A stretch of 64,000 nucleotides of DNA, taken from NCBI RefSeq assembly GCF_036365525.1, contig NW_027141363.1, forward strand, positions 1 through 64,000, in the 5' to 3' direction. The DNA is from Heterodontus francisci. Its lineage: Eukaryota. Within the stretch, counting starts at the first letter, position 1, and each line of letters begins with the position of its first letter. Positions 36,590 to 48,454 of this stretch are shown here, in pieces. The notes beneath the pieces are model-generated. The model saw only the letters and a list, made by a program, of their open reading frames with translations. It did not search any database and was not told the DNA's origin. The position numbers and the translations under genes are program-made.

Positions 36590-37250
36590 CATGATTGGCA
36601 CTGGACAGCAGTTAATAAAGCATACAGTATCCTGGGCTTTATTAAAAGGGGCATAGAGTACAAGAGCAAGGAAATAAGTTGAACTTGTACAAGACACTAG
36701 TTCAGCCTCAGCTGGAGTATTGTGTCCAGTTCTGGGAGCTGCACTTGAGGAAAGAAATGAAAGCATTGGAGAGAGTGAGGAAAAGATTCAGGAGAATGGT
36801 TCCACGGGTGAGGGACCTCAGTTATGATGATAATTTGGAGAAGTTGGGATTGTTTTCCTTGGAGAAGAGAAGGCTGAGAGGTGGTTTGATAGAGGGAGTC
36901 AAAATCATGAGGTGTCGGGACAGAACAGATAGAGAGAAACTGCTCCCACTCGTGAAAGGATGGACAATGAGAGGGCACAGATTTAAACTAATTGGAAACA
37001 GAAGTAAAAGTGACATGAGGAAAAAATTGTTTCACAAAGTGGATGGTTAATGTCTGGAGTGCAGGCCCAGAGAGCATGGTGCAGGCAGGTGCAATCGGGG
37101 CATTCAAAAGGGAATTATGAAAAGGAAGAATGTGCAGGGTTACGGGTAGAATGCAAGGGAATGGGACTGAGTGAATTGCTCATTCGGAGGGCCGGTTCAG
37201 ACACAATGGGCCGAATGGCCACCTGTACTGTACCAATTTTCTGATTCTGT
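36590..37250 (+). mobile_element. CR1 LINE 3' fragment
   Basis: NLYKTLVQPQLEYCVQFW..LEKLGLFSLEKRRLRG and CR1-type 3' end. Confidence 0.88.
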
Positions 37251-37791
37251 GATTAGGAATGTCGATGATAAGTGGCAGTAACTTGATTGCTAACCGGATG
37301 ATCAAGATTGGGTAAAATTTGTGATAAACACAACAATGGTCGGTTTAAACGGTACAGGGTGATATTCTAAGATAATAAGATGTATCTATCCTTCCGGACT
37401 TTGATGGCTCTGTCTTTCAGCAGAACCAAGCCATCCATTTATCACTTTGAGAGCTGTTTGCAAGCTGAAAGATAGAGATGCAGACTCACACAGACAATAC
37501 CAGCACAGACGAAGAGATTTTTCTTTTAACTTGTTGAGTTATTCTGATCAGGAATGCGATGCCTGAAAGGATGGAGGAAGCAGATTCAACAGTAACTTAG
37601 AAAGGAGATTGGGAAATATATTTGAACAGGAAATATCTACACTCTGAAAGTTGATGGAAAACTCTGCAAAGTTTCATCAATGAACAGCTGACTTTATGAG
37701 CTCTGCTTACTTGAGTTTTTCTCTCTAACACTCACAGTATAAGAGGGTGGTATGTTTTTGACCCAGCCCTGCACCTGTTTGAATCACTGTG

Positions 37792-38093
37792 ATCACTAGC
37801 AGCACAGTAATACACCGCCCTGTCAGTCTGATCCACCCTCAGTATTTTCAGGCTGCAGGTTTTAAGATCGGGTCTGGTGGCTTTAAATCTCTCCTTGAAA
37901 CCCTCTTCAGGCCTGGAATCAGAGGTGCCAATCGAGGTCACTATGAGCTGTAACCCTGCTCCGCTCTGCTGGCGATACCAGTACATGTAGCTCTCGCTGG
38001 TGTCATTCTGGAAACAGTGCATTTCCACCGTTTTCCCCTCTGCGACCGTCAGCCGGTTCCCCCACTGGGTAACGAGAGCGCTCCTGGACCGGG
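37792..38093 (-). CDS. TRBV: V-beta exon V1, family A (..LVTQW..MHC..YMYWYRQ..YYCAASD)
   Basis: V-set Cys/Trp/Cys; cctccacag acceptor; 23-RSS cacagtg-23-tcaaaaaca (37791-37753). Confidence 0.96.
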
Positions 38094-38407
38094 CTGTGGA
38101 GGAACATGAGAAACAGATCGGGTCAAAGAGAACAGACACAATGAGGAGAGAGAGAGAGCTTTAATGGTAAACCTCCCGATGCACACTACAGTCGATCAGC
38201 CCGCTGACGCCCCAGCACAGGGGTCATGTGCTGATTCCCAGAATCGCTGGGCACAACTGCAGTGGCGCTAAATAACGACACTTGTCCTCAACAGTAAAAC
38301 CAAACCAGTAAATCTCTAACTGATTGGAGCCCTTCGATATCAACAGGAATTGTGTCTCAAAGCTGATTAACTGGGGCCTGAATTTCCCTCCAAGTAGGAA
38401 CAGTAAC

Positions 38408-38453
38408 CTGGGAGCAGCAGAAACAGTAGATGGAGGTAAACAGTACACAGCAT
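38408..38453 (-). CDS. TRBV: Leader exon of V1 (MLCTVYLHLLFLLLP)
   Basis: 46-nt phase-1 hydrophobic exon, gttact donor, in frame with V exon. Confidence 0.9.
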
Positions 38454-38557
38454 GATGCAGGAATGTGAACCCTTCTTTCAACCTTCCAGCTTGGTCCAGC
38501 TCTCACACACACTGCAGTCCTATTGGTGCACAGCCTGCTTTTGTGAAGCAATGCGGA

Positions 38558-38567
38558 AGTGACGTCA
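38558..38567. promoter_or_regulatory. CRE / V-beta decamer AGTGACGTCA upstream of V1
   Basis: Perfect TGACGTCA ~105 bp upstream of the ATG; variant AGTGACGTTA at the same position for V2 (41969-41978). Confidence 0.75.
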
Positions 38568-39479
38568 TTGCAAGGGCAACCTTCCTTGTGTATCCAACAA
38601 AGCAGATGGTTCTTTCATATTTGTGGGTGTAAGAATTAGAATTACACAGGATTGACTTGCAAAGTCCCATCTATTGCAATGTTTGGGGATGTTCATAAAG
38701 ATTTGAATGGTTGACATATATGTGTTTTATAGAGAGATATCTCACCTGAATTGATTGTAGAATCTCCCGGGGGAGACCTCATTTCACCACTCGGTATCTC
38801 AGAAGACCAGTGAGCGGATAGTCAAACCAGGGGACCCTTTCTAAACTTTTCCCATCATAGGACAGCAGTGTTAGTAATGCAGAACCTGGAACTGTCCTCC
38901 GGAGGAGCAGAGAAGGTTAAGAGGGGATTTGATAGAGGTTCAAAATCAGGAAGGGTTTAGATAGAGTAATTAAGGGGAAACTGTTTGCAGTGGCAGAAGG
39001 GGCGGTAAAGAGAGGACAAGAATTAAAGAATTCTTAATAGAGCAACAGGGAAGATTAGGAATTTTTTTCTTTCACTTGGTGAGTTATTCTGATCAGGAAT
39101 GCTCTGCCTGAAAGGATGGTGGAAGCAGATTCAACAGTCACTTTCAAAAGAGATTGGGATGTATATTTGAACAGGAAATATCTGCCACCCATTGAGGATA
39201 GAGTGTAGAGTGGGATGAAACAAGTAGATCTTTCAAAATGTTGGCACAGGAACAACGGGCCGAATAGCCTCTACTGTTCTGTATGATTTTCAACTTCTCT
39301 GGAGATTATTTCCTCTGCTTTGGAAAGTACTGAAATGAGTCTTTGGATATTGAACTGTCATTCAGGGAGCACTTAGAATCTATTGGAATATTCCACATTC
39401 TGCTGGGTTTGGAAAACTTCCCAAAGCTCCATCCAGGAACAGTTGTCTTTATGATCTCTCCTGGAAAGTATAAACAGGA

Positions 39480-40580
39480 TTGGACCAAGTCAGCATTTGT
39501 TTGCGAAAGGGAAATCATGCTTAACAAATCTACTGGAGTTGTTTGAGGACTTAACAAGTAGAATAGATAAGGGAGAACCAGTGGATCTGGTGTATTTGGA
39601 TTTTCAGAAAGCTTTTAATAAGGTCCCACATAAGAGGTAAGTGTGCAATATTACAGAACGTGGGATTGCGGTAATATACTGGCATGGAATGAAAATTGGT
39701 TGACAGACAGGAAACAGAGAGTAGGAATAAGTGGGTCTTTTTTCCAGGAGGCAGGCAGTGACTAGTGGGGTATCACAGGGATCAGTGCTTGGGCCCCAGC
39801 TATTCACAATGCATATTAATGACTTGGGTGAGGGAACTAAATGTAACATTTCCCTGTCTGCAGATGACACAAAGCTGGGGGTAATGTGAGCTGTGAGCAG
39901 GATGCAAAAAGACTCCAATATGATTTGGACAAGTTGGGTGAGTGGGAAAATGCATGGTAGATGCAGTATAATGCGGATAAATGTGAGGTTATCCACTTTG
40001 GTTGTAAAAACAGAAAGGCAATGAGTAGCTGAATGGTGATCGACTGGGAAAGGGGAGGTTCAGTGAGACCTGGGGATCCTTGTACCCCAGTTGCTGAAAG
40101 CAAGCATTCAGGTGCAGAAAGCAATTAGGAAGGCGAATGGTATGTTGGCCTTCGTTGCAGGAGGATTTGAGTACAGGAGCAAGGATTTCTTACTGCAGTT
40201 ATACAGAGCCTTGGTGAGATCAGATCTGGAGTATTGTGTGCAGTTTTGGTCTCATTATCTGAGAAAGGATGTTCTTGCCATGGAGGGAGTACAAAGAAGA
40301 TTTACTAGGCTGATTCCTGGGATGGCAGGATTGACGTATGAGGAGAGATTGGGCCGACTCGGCCTAAATTAACTAGAGTTTAAAAGAATGAGAGGGAATC
40401 TCGTAGAAACCTCTAACATTCTAACAGGACTATACAGGCTAGAAGCAGGAAGGATGTTCCCGATGGCTGGAGAGTCCAGAACCAGGGGTCACAGTCTCAG
40501 AATACAGGGGATGTCATTTACAGCAGAGATGAGGAGAAATGTCTACACTCAGAGGGTGGTGAACCTGTGGAATTCTCCTG
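39480..40580 (+). mobile_element. CR1 LINE ORF2 (RT) 3' fragment, degenerate
   Basis: VYLDFQKAF.KVPH, ADDTKLG, YRALVR..LEYCVQFWS, VQRRFTRLIPG motifs with frameshifts. Confidence 0.9.
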
Positions 40581-40694
40581 CTCCTATTTTCTGTGTTTCC
40601 ATGTTTCCCTACTTGACTTTTCCTCTCTAACAGCTCACAGTATAAGAGGGTGGTATGTTTTTGACCCAGCCCTGCACCTGTTTGAATCACTGTG

Positions 40695-40996
40695 ATCACT
40701 AGCAGCACAGTAATACACCGCCCTGTCAGTCTGATCCACCCTCAGTATTTTCAGGCTGCAGGATTTAAAATCGGGTCTGGTGACTTTAAATCTCTCCTTG
40801 AAACCCTCTTCAGGCCTGGGATCAGATGTACCAATCGAGTTCACTATGAGCTGTAACCCTGCTCCGCTCTGCTGGCGATACCAGTACATGTAACTCTCGC
40901 CGGTGTCATTCTGGAAACAGTGCATTTCCGCAGTTGTCCCCTCTGCGACCATCAACCGGTTCCCCCACTGAGTAAGGAGGGCACTCCTGGACCGGG
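40695..40996 (-). CDS. TRBV: V-beta exon V2, family A (paralog of V1)
   Basis: Open V domain ending YYCAASD; 23-RSS at 40694-40656 identical to that of V1. Confidence 0.96.
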
Positions 40997-41818
40997 CTGT
41001 GGAGGAACATGAGAAACAGATCGGATCAAACATTTAAATAGGCACAGTAAGGACAGAGAGATACTTAATGTTTAAAATTGCGATGCACGCCACAGTCCAT
41101 CAGTTCACTGAACAAACATACAGACCGGTCATCTCTGGAGGCTCAGTATCCGCTGGGCACACCTGCAGCTGCGCCCAAATCGCTTCACTTGGCCTCAGTG
41201 TCCATTGCTGGGGAGGACAAAAGTCAGCCAGCTTGCCCACTTTCCCCGCCGCCAACACTGGCTCTATTGCAATGTCCTTGCACCGTCCGCCAGTCCAGCG
41301 ACACTGACTGGGTCAGCTCATTGACATTGTGGGCAATGTGCCCAAAATCAGCTGCCTAGGACTGGCCAACCTTCAGGTAATGGGCAGGGCGAACAAGGCA
41401 AGTTACATTTATTATTGAACAGAGTAAGAAACAATTAGGACCCAAAAGAAAGGCATTTACAGAGCCAGAGAATGATACAGCTCAGCAGGAAGCCCTTCGG
41501 CCAATCGCGACTGTGCTAGCTCTTTGAAGAACCTTTGCAAATATTCCAACTCCCCTGCTCTTTACCCAGATTCCTGCAAATATTGCCCATTCAGGAATTT
41601 ATCCAGGTCTCTCTTTTTTTTTTAAAAGAAAAGGTTGCAATTGCATCCACCCGGCTTACAGACAATGTATTTCAGAGCAGAACAATTCACTGCTTCAAAC
41701 AGTGAAGAATCCTCCAAGTGATCGAACTGTTTGAAGACTTTCTGCAACAACGAGAATTGATGTTGCCCAGAAGCAGATTAATCCGGGCCCGGATTTCCCT
41801 AAAAGTAGGAGCAGTAAC

Positions 41819-41864
41819 CTGGGAGCAGCAGAAACAGTAGATGGAGGTAAACAGTACACAGCAT
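41819..41864 (-). CDS. TRBV: Leader exon of V2
   Basis: Same 46-nt leader and donor as V1. Confidence 0.9.
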
Positions 41865-42645
41865 GATGCAGGAATGTGAACCGTGCTCTCAGCCTTCCAG
41901 CTTCGTCCCGCTCTCACACACACTGTAGTCCTATTGGTCCTGCACATGTCTTTGTCATCCAGGGAGCAAGTGACGTTATTGCAAGGGCAACCAATAGAAC
42001 GACCCTTGTGTATCCAAGCAAATCAGATCCTCCTTTCCAATGTCTGAATGGAAGAATTAGAATGACACAGGACTGACTTGCAAAGTCCCATCTATTGCAG
42101 GGTTTGGGGATGTTCATAAAGATTGGAACGCTTGACAAATCTGTGCTTTATAGAGGGATATCTGATGTGAAGTAACTGTAGAAACTCATGGGGGAGAACT
42201 CATTTCACCAATCAGCATTTCAGGTGGCCAGTGAGTGGATAGTTAAGCCAGGCCTCTCGATATAAACCTTCACCATCATAGGACAGCTGTATTAGTAATG
42301 TAGAAACTGGGACTGTCCTCCTTAGAGCAGAGAAGGTTAAGAGGAGATTTGATATAGAGGTTCAAAATCAGGAAGGGTTTTGATAGAGTAAATAAGGAGA
42401 ATCTGTTTGCAATGGGAGAAGGGTCAGTAAACATGGGACACGGATTGAAGGTGATTCATCAAAGAACCAGAGAATGTCTGGAGGCTCGGTGTCCGCTGCA
42501 CAGAAATGAACCTGCTCGAAATCAATAGCAAGACCAAATCTCTGAAGGATTTAACTGATTGGAACCTTTTCATATCAACAAGAGTTGCTGATGTTCAAAG
42601 CTGATTAACCGGGGCCCGAAATACCCTCCAAATAGGAGCAGTAAC

Positions 42646-42691
42646 CTGGGAGCAGCAGAAACAGCAGGTGGAGGTAAACAGTACACAGCAT
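42646..42691 (-). pseudogene. Orphan family-A leader exon with promoter; V exon absent
   Basis: Intact MLCTVYLHLLFLLLP and gttact donor; intron homology ends near 42470 at a CR1 fragment, no V exon before the V2 promoter. Confidence 0.82.
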
Positions 42692-45600
42692 GATGTGGGA
42701 ATTTGAAGCCTCCTATCTCAGCACCCTTGTCACACTCTGCAGACCTCTCTACCTCCCTCTGCGCCTCCTCTGGTGTTGAAGTGCGGAGATGCCGTCACTG
42801 CATGACCGTCCAATAGAACCTCTTGTTTCTCAATGCAAAGCACATTGTTCCTCCTTAGTTGTGAAGAATATTGAATGTACAGCAATGACTTGCAATGTGC
42901 AAGCAATTACAGAGGTTCGGGAATCTCCTGAAGGGTGCAATGTGTGGAGGTGTAGATTATTTGGAGAGTTTGGAAGAGTTAGGACTGTCTTCCTCTTTAC
43001 AGAGAAGGTGAAGAGGAGATTCAATAGAGGTGTTCAGAGCCATGAGGGGTTTTGACAGAGTAAGTAGTGAGACACTGTTTGCAGTGACAGGAGGGTCGGT
43101 AACCAGAGGGGCACAGATTTGAGATCATGGGCAAAAGAACCAGTGTCCCCTCGTCCTTGTACCATCAACTCATGGGAACAGATTTTCTTTGTCTACTTTA
43201 CCTAAACCTCTCTTCATTTTGTACACTTCTATCAAATCTCCCCTCAATTTCCTTTGCTCCAAGGAGAACAAACCACAGATTCAACAACCTAACCATGTAG
43301 CTAAAATCTCTCATCCCTGGAACCATTCCAGTAAATCTCCTCTGCACCCTCTCAAGGACCCTACATCCGTCCTCAAGTGTGGTGACCAGAACTGGACTCA
43401 ATACACAAGTTGGGGCCTAACAAGAGCCTTATAAATGTTTAGCTCAATCTCCCTGCTTTTGTACTTTACACCTCTATTTGTAAATCTCGAGATCCCATAA
43501 GCTTTGTGAACCTCTCTCTCCATATGTCCTGCCACCTTCAAAGATATATGCACATTAACCCCCAGGTCCCTCTGTCCTTGAACACTCTTTAGGCCTGTGT
43601 CATTAAGTCTGTATTTCCTCTCTGTCTCCCTTCTGCCAAAATGTATCACCTGATAACAATGTAGTTCACTGTTAACTGCCTCTGAAATGGGCTAGCAAGT
43701 CATTCAGTTCAGGGCAATTCGGCATAGGTAATGAATGCTGACCTTGTCAGTAATGTGCACATCCCTGAATATGTGCTCCTTTATATAAAATGCCTCCTTC
43801 TCCATTTTTCTTTCACTGTTTTCTGACTTTGCTTCCCCTCTTCACTTCCTTCCGATCATCTGTTTCAGTATATCACAAGTGTTGCTCAAACCAGTCACTA
43901 TGAACGAGCAGACTTGGGGAAATCCAATTGTCTATTCTGTGTGGAATGGTTATGATTTGAATCTGTTTCAGAGTTAGTGGAATTGACTATTAGGTAGATT
44001 GGTCAAGTCACTGCTGTGTTGCTCGCTCAGTCTTTTCAGAAGCAAGTGGGACTCAGGCTGCGGTGGAGCTCCATCCCCACCTCGTGGCTGTAATGCGTAA
44101 CTACAGGCACCTGAGATTTGCACAGTGCAATTGATAAAATAGGCATTCTGAAGACATGCTTTGAAATTGCTCAGTCTTCCCATTTTTTATCCATGGCTTC
44201 GGCTGCTGACGCTGGTGACATCGAATTAGGCCGGCGTGAATCTCCAGGGGACATGCGTTCGAATCCCACCAGGTCAGATGGTGGAATTTAAATTCAATCG
44301 ATGAAAAAATACAATTATTTCATTGGAAAATCTGCAATTGAAAGCTGGTCTCAGTTAAGGCGCCCTGACACCCAGCTGGCTCACTCATGTCTTTCAGGGA
44401 AGGGAATCCGCCGTCCTTACCTGGTCTGGCCTGCATGTGACTCCAGACCCACAGAACACAAGAAATAGGAGCAGGTGTAGACCATATATCCCATCGAGCC
44501 TGCTCCGTCATTCAATACAATCATGGCTGATCTTGGGTTTCAATTTCACTTTCCTGCCTGCTCCCCATATCCCTTGATTTCCTGAGGGATCAAAAATACC
44601 ATCTTTAAATTTATTCAATGAAGGACCATCCACAACACTCTGGGATAGAGAATTCCAAAGTTTCACAACCCTTTGAGTGAAGTCATTTCTCCTCATCTCA
44701 GTCCGGAATGATTGATCCCTTATCCTGAGATTTCTCACTGCCTCTTTTCTTGAAAAGCCGTGTAACATTTGTCAGATTTCAATCCGATGGGACCATTCCT
44801 GAATCTAAGGAATTCTGGAAAATCATAACCAGCGCCCCCACTCTCTCTGCAGCTATCTCTTTTAGAACTCTGGTATATAATCCATCTGTTCCAGGGGACT
44901 TGTCAGATTTTAATCCCTCAAGTTTCTCCAAAAGTTTTTCTCAATTGATATGAATATCCTTAATTTCCTCACTCTTTTTAGGCCCCAGATAACTGCCTAT
45001 TTCTGGGATGGAACTTGTGTCTTCAACTGTGAAGACAGGCACAAAATATTAGTTCAATTCCCCTGCTATTTCCCCATTCCCCATGATGATTTTTCCTGTC
45101 TTTACCTCGAAAGAACCAACGTCAGCTTTAGCTACTCTCTTACTTTTTATGTAAAAGCTCCTACCATCTGTTTTTATATTGCTGGTTAGCTTATTCTCAT
45201 ATTTTATTCCCACATCCGATGAAAGAACATAAACAATGTCTTCACCCAGCCCTATCAGTATGACGTGCTATTTCCTGCTCCCTAATGTTTTTATCCAGCA
45301 TTCATTTACATATATTTGGTTATACACATCATTTCCTTCTGTGTGCAAGTGAATTCCACATTCTCACCACTCTGTATAAATTCATTTCTTGGAGTTATTA
45401 GTGGGTATGATGTATTCATGACCTTCCCTACAAGTGCAGGCATATTCTCTTCCTCTACCCTATCATATTCCTTCATAATCTTGAACAGATCTATCAGGTC
45501 ACCCTCAGCATTGTCCTCAGCACTTCAGGTGTCGTGTAAACAAAGTATATAGAGCTGAGAATTGTGCACAGTGCTCCAGGTGTGGTCTAACCGAGGTACG

Positions 45601-45844
45601 TGTTGAAGAGCCGTTCTATGAACCATTATACAGGTGTGGGCACAGAGAGTGTGTGTTGCCTATCTGGAGGTTGTGGGGAGTTAGAACATGGGCGTTCTGC
45701 CAGTCGACCGGGCACTGAACAGATGCAGATCCGCATCCGATCAGCCAGGGCTGCTCTTCACCGAATGCTGGGTTAAATGCACCCGTTTGAAGGGAGACGT
45801 GTGAGGGTTTTTGTCAAGGCGGACAATGACTCTGAACCGTTGTG

Positions 45845-46153
45845 TCCCATCACCAGCTGCACAGAAATACACCGCCTCGTCCGTGGTGTTCACACTCTCG
45901 ATCGTCAGAGTGGATTTCTTATTGTCCAGAGTCCTGGTAATAACAAACCCGCTCTTAATACCCTCTTCATACTGAGGTTCATTGCTTAGATAGTTAAACC
46001 CGATTAACAGGAATCCTCTGCTGGGGGACTGACGATACCAGTACATGTAGCTGCGAACTGTTCCTTTCTGCAGACAGTTCATTTCCACGGGTCCTGGTTG
46101 TTTAAAAGCCAGTGACTGAGGCCATTGATGTATCACCTCACCCCGGCAAACAC
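45845..46153 (-). CDS. TRBV: V-beta exon V3, family B (..IHQWPQ..MNC..YMYWYRQ..YFCAAGDG)
   Basis: Open V domain; ttctag acceptor; 23-RSS cacaacg-23-acaaaaacc (45844-45806). Confidence 0.95.
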
Positions 46154-46532
46154 CTAGAAAGAGAAATTAGAGGGAATGAACTAGTATCGATCGAGTTACA
46201 ATTGAGACGATGGGCGTCGGTGTTGCACCAAATTAACGACAGAAATTCGGTCTGTGTCCTAATTTCCTACAAGAACCTGGATCTTTACAACTGTAAGATA
46301 GAATTGTGGAATCCACAAGCTTGCAAGTGGGTGCAAACATTAAAGAGTTAACATCATATTAATAACACTTGTCTTCCCAAACTAGGGGACAGATGAATGA
46401 GTTCACTGTCTGATATGAAATAATCGATTACTGATTTAACAAGTCACTGCCGCTCAGTTTTATTGAGATCATTAATCATCCCTTTCAGTTGATCAAATGT
46501 TGAAGAGTGATTGGGACAGAATTTTAACCTAC

Positions 46533-46578
46533 TCAGCGCCAGAATGGAAATAGCAAAGAGGATGAAACTGAAAGGCAT
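46533..46578 (-). CDS. TRBV: Leader exon of V3 (MPFSFILFAISILAL)
   Basis: 46-nt phase-1 exon, gtaggt donor. Confidence 0.88.
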
Positions 46579-47649
46579 GTTTGCGGTGGATCTGAGAGAC
46601 TTTCTGCTGGTTACTCTGGGTTTTAAGGGAGGGAGAGAGATGAGGTGTTGGCAGAGCGGATCGTCATAAGAGGAAGCTATCTCAAGGCAATGATCCCCGC
46701 CCCTACCTTTAAGTTGTCCCCCATTCTTTCGTTTGCTTCCTTCCGCCCCTTTCCACTTTTTTCTTCTCTCCATTTTCCTCCTTCCACCCCACTTTCTACT
46801 CCTCTGCAAATATCTTCACTCTCTTCCCTTTGTGAGATTGCTTTCATGCCGAGGCGAGGGGAACTGTGTTGGAGAGGGTGGGTGAAAATACAAGGGGCGG
46901 TATAACGATAGCTGCTTTGGGTGACTCCAGAGGTAACGGTGCAGAACAGGGGATTATTAACATCCTTTTGCAAATTAAAAGCAGTAGTGGAGGAAGAGAA
47001 GGTGGATAGTTCGATGGCAGCGGAGGCGGCTCATATAACATCACTGTAAAGTGGAAATCTAACTGCATTTAGCATTGAAAGTGGAAAGATTGCAGAAGCA
47101 GAGGAATTGGCTCATTGATCAGCGGCGCCAAAGCCTGTGGTGGCGCGAAATACCGTGGAGCCATAGCGCCGACCAGTGGCAGCATTGTGCAACTGCAACA
47201 AGCTGTGTTTGTTACTTTCCCAGTGAAACCCATTGCTCTTTCGGAGAGCCAGTGCAGACACGATGGGCCGAATGTCCTCCTCCTGCGCTGTAACAATTCA
47301 GCGATTATGAATGTCGATGACAACTGGCAATATTTTGATTTCAATTGTTAACCAGATGATCAATATTGTGTAATATTTGTGATGGATTCAAATGTTACAG
47401 GATGATATTCTAAGATACTAAGATGTATCTATCCATTGGTCTGTTTATATCTCTGTCTTTCAGGCTACCGAGCCATCTATTTATCTCTAGAAGAGCTGGT
47501 TGGCAGCTGAAAGATACAGATGTAGACTCGCAAAGGCAACCAGACAAAGTCAGACCCCGAGACGGCGAGGAGATGAACAGAAGAGGATAGCTGTAGCAAT
47601 GAGCCTGAGTGGTTATTGTCATAGTGTGGAAGGGGTTTGAAGCATTGTG

Positions 47650-47955
47650 CTCCTTCAGTGGCGGCGCAGTAATACATCGCCCTATCTCCGGGGCCTGCAG
47701 TCTGAATTTTCAGAGTGCTCCTTTGAATGTCAGCTCTCACCACCTCGAATCGCCTCTCGAACTCTTCCTGGAAAGTAGGCTTGCTCCCAGACACGTCCGT
47801 CACCAGAAGCTGGGGGCCTTGCCCGTGGTGCTGGCGGTACCAGAGCATGGTGATGTGCTCCGTGTCCTTCTGCTGACAGGTCAGTGTTGCGCTCTCCCCA
47901 CGTCCCACAGTCAGTTCACTGGGTGTCTGGGACACTGAGGCACATCGACAACAAT
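47650..47955 (-). CDS. TRBV: V-beta exon V4, family C (..VSQTP..LTC..MLWYRQ..YYCAATEG); leader donor mutated, possibly non-functional
   Basis: Open V domain, ccctag acceptor, 23-RSS cacaatg-23-acaataacc (47649-47611). Confidence 0.92.
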
Positions 47956-48408
47956 CTAGGGCAGTGGGAAGGGGGGAGAAAGGAAAGGGTCCAAGATTCA
48001 GTTAACGCAGCCACATCAGGAAAAGTCTGCAGTGCATCCCAGTGCATTTTCTGATCGAATATGAGCTCAGACAATCATCTAACATGTGAAGGAGGCCGTT
48101 CATCCAAGCAGGCCTGTGCTAGCTCTTTGAAAAAGCTATGCAATGAGTTCATTCCCCAACTTTTCTCATCTCAATTTAGTTTTAAATGTAATTTATTCCA
48201 GTTTTCTAAGAATAAGAGTGAGGTCCTGTCTGGCAGATCATGCACCGGTTTTCGAAGTAAATATCAGTGCAAAGTAACTCAATGTCTGTTTCTATATGAA
48301 GGGGACAATGACAACATCAATGAACGATATTACATACGGATCATTAAGTGTATTTCTTAAAGAAACTCAGGTTAAATGAAACAAGAATAGCATTCTGAAG
48401 TTACTTCC

Positions 48409-48454
48409 GCGGCATCAGCAATGAAAAGGCCCAGAGCAGGAGTTTGAATTCCAT
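48409..48454 (-). pseudogene. TRBV: Leader exon of V4 (MEFKLLLWAFSLLMP) with GT-to-GG donor mutation
   Basis: Followed by ggaagt where the V6 paralog has gtaagt. Confidence 0.8.

Noticed and set aside
47115-47210. CpG-rich patch with CTCF-like words between V3 and V4 (copy at ~53300-53390)
   Set aside because: Three or more mismatches to the core; cannot be supported without a PWM scan
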